Assembly (NCBI RefSeq): GCF_023055435.1
Contig: NW_025963890.1
Location: forward strand, 37,200,001 to 37,264,000
Origin: Haliotis rufescens
Lineage: Eukaryota
Direction: 5' to 3'
Length of the DNA: 64,000 nucleotides
The notes under the pieces are model-generated. The model did no database searches and had not been told where the DNA came from. It was given only the letters and a program-made list of their open reading frames with translations. Position 1 is the stretch's first letter, and each line of letters opens with the position of its first letter. A program made the position numbers and the translations under genes. Below are positions 61,660-64,000 of this stretch, one piece after another.

Positions 61660-64000
61660 GTACAAGCTCCAGACCACAGTTACAGACCCAAGCTTCAGAC
61701 CCCAGTCACAGACCCTAGCTTCAGACCCCACTCACAGACTCAAGCTTCAGACCCCACTCACAGACTCAAGCTTCAGACCCCAGTCACAGACTCAAGCTTC
61801 AGACCCCAGTCACAGACTCAAGCTTTGGACGCCAGTCACAGACTCAAGCTTCAGACCCCAGTCACAGACTCAAGCTCCAGACCCCACTCACAGACTCAAG
61901 CTTCAGACCCGAGTCACAGACTCAAGCTTCAGACCCCAGTCACAGACCCTAGCTTCAGACCCCAGTCACAGACCCTAGCTTCAGACCCCACTCACAGACT
62001 CAAGCTTCAGACCCCACTCACAGACTCAAGCTTCAGACCCCAGTCACAGACTCAAGCTTCAGACCCCAGTCACAGACTCAAGCTTTGGACGCCAGTCACA
62101 GACTCAAGCTTCAGACCCCAGTCACAGACTCAAGCTCCAGACCCCACTCACAGACTCAAGCTTCAGACCCGAGTCACAGACTCAAGCTTCAGACCCCAGT
62201 CACAGACCCTAGCTTCAGACCCCACTCACAGACTCAAGCTTCAGACCCCACTCACAGACTCAAGTTTTCAGACCCCAGTCACAGACTCAAGCTTCAGACC
62301 CCACTCACAGACCCTAGCTTCGGACCCCAGTCACAGACTCAAGCTCCAGACCCAAAACACAGACCCTAGCTTCAGACCCCACTCACAGACCCAAGCTTCA
62401 GACCCCAGTCACAGACTCAAGCTTCAGACCAAAGTCACAGACTCAAGCTTCAGACCCAAGTCACACGTCCACGCTTCAGACGCCAGTCACAGACTCAAGC
62501 TTTCAGACGCCAGTCACAGACTCAAGCTTCAGACCTCAGTCACACGTCCAAGCTTCAGACGCCAGTCACAGACCCAAGTTTCAGACCCCAGTCACAGACT
62601 CAAGCTTCAGACCCCAGTCACAGACCCTAGCTTCAGACCCCATTCACAGACCAAAGTTTCAGACATCAGTCACAGACTCAAGCTTCAGACCCCAGTCACA
62701 GACTCAAGCTTCAGACCCCAGTCACAGACCCTAGCTTCAGACTCCACTCACAGACCCAAGTTTCAGACCCCAGTCACAGACTCAAGCTTCAGACCCCAGT
62801 CACAGACCCTAGCTTCAGACCCCAGTCACAGACTCTAGCTTCAGACCCCACTCACAGACCCTAGCTTCAGACCCCAGTCACAGACTCAAGCTTCAGACCC
62901 CAGTCACAGACTCAAGCTTCAGACCCCAGTCACAGACTCAAGCTTCAGACCCAAGTCACACGTCCACGCTTCAGACGCCAGTCACAGACTCAAGCTTTCA
63001 GACGCCAGTCACAGACTCAAGCTTCAGACCTCAGTCACACGTCCAAGCTTCAGACGCCAGTCACAGACCCAAGTTTCAGACCCCAGTCACAGACTCAAGC
63101 TTCAGACCCCAGTCACAGACCCTAGCTTCAGACCCCATTCACAGACCAAAGTTTCAGACACCAGTCACAGACTCAAGCTTCAGACCCCAGTCACAGACTC
63201 AAGCTTCAGACCCCAGTCACAGACCCTAGCTTCAGACTCCACTCACAGACCCAAGTTTCAGACCCCAGTCACAGACTCAAGCTTCAGACCCCAGTCACAG
63301 ACCCTAGCTTCAGACCCCAGTCACAGACTCTAGCTTCAGACCCCACTCACAGACCCTAGCTTCAGACCCCAGTCACAGACTCAAGCTTCAGACCCCAGTC
63401 ACAGACTCAAGCTTCAGACCCCAGTCACAGACTCAAGCTTCAGACCCAAGTCACACGTCCACGCTTCAGACGCCAGTCACAGACTCAAGCTTTCAGACGC
63501 CATTAACAGACTCAAGCTTCAGACCTCAGTCACACGTCCAAGCTTCAGACGCCAGTCACAGACCCAAGTTTCAGACCCCAGTCACAGACTCAAGCTTCAG
63601 ACCCCAGTCACAGACCCTAGCTTCAGACCCCATTCACAGACCAAAGTTTCAGACACCAGTCACAGACTCAAGCTTCAGACCCCAGTCACAGACTCAAGCT
63701 TCAGACCCCAGTCACAGACCCTAGCTTCAGACTCCACTCACAGACCCAAGTTTCAGACCCCAGTCACAGACTCAAGCTTCAGACCCCACTCACAGACCCT
63801 AGCTTCAGACCCCAGTCACAGACTCAAGCTTCAGACCCCAGTCACAGACTCAAGCTTCAGACCCAAGTCACAGACTCAAGCTTCAGACGCCAGTCACAGA
63901 CTCAAGCTTCAGACCCCAGTCACAGACTCAAGCTCCAGACCCCAGTCACAGACCCTAGCTTCAGACCCCACTCACAGACCCAAGCTTCAGACCCCAGTCA
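61660..64000. repeat. 26-bp satellite, variant 2 (cagaccccagtcacagactcaagctt) with 495-bp higher-order repeat; runs off the window
   Basis: Diagnostic variant tcacacgtccacgct recurs at 62461, 62956 and 63451. Confidence 0.96.

Noticed and set aside
60799-62838. 197-aa and 337-aa Ser/Gln/His-rich ORFs
   Set aside because: Frame-cycling translations of the 26-bp satellite.

Overview
Eukaryotic, intron-rich and repeat-rich animal DNA. The SINE families with (ACTC)n/(AAAC)n tails and the dense minisatellites suggest a marine invertebrate, probably a mollusc such as abalone (inference). I reconstructed three protein-coding genes by hand from GT-AG boundaries and exon phase. (1) A 5-exon R-spondin on the minus strand (19766->4524, ~654 aa). 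It has the canonical FU1-FU2-TSP1-basic tail but also a very unusual ~400-aa N-terminal extension: signal peptide, ~26 acidic 12-aa repeats and two furin-type sites. (2) A 13-exon MAPK15/ERK7-8 on the minus strand (50179->31728, ~580 aa). (3) A GNAT acetyltransferase with a single coding exon on the plus strand (58992-59534), probably head-to-head with MAPK15. The remainder is at least four SINE-like families, several non-autonomous DNA transposons with clear TIRs/TSDs, a Tc1 transposase remnant, a small Penelope-like insertion carrying two inverted minimal hammerhead ribozyme cores, a locally retro-duplicated SINE-plus-flank chimera, and about 15 tandem arrays. Most long ORFs in the supplied track are by-products of tandem repeats. 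No CRISPR, rRNA or intact tRNA genes were seen.
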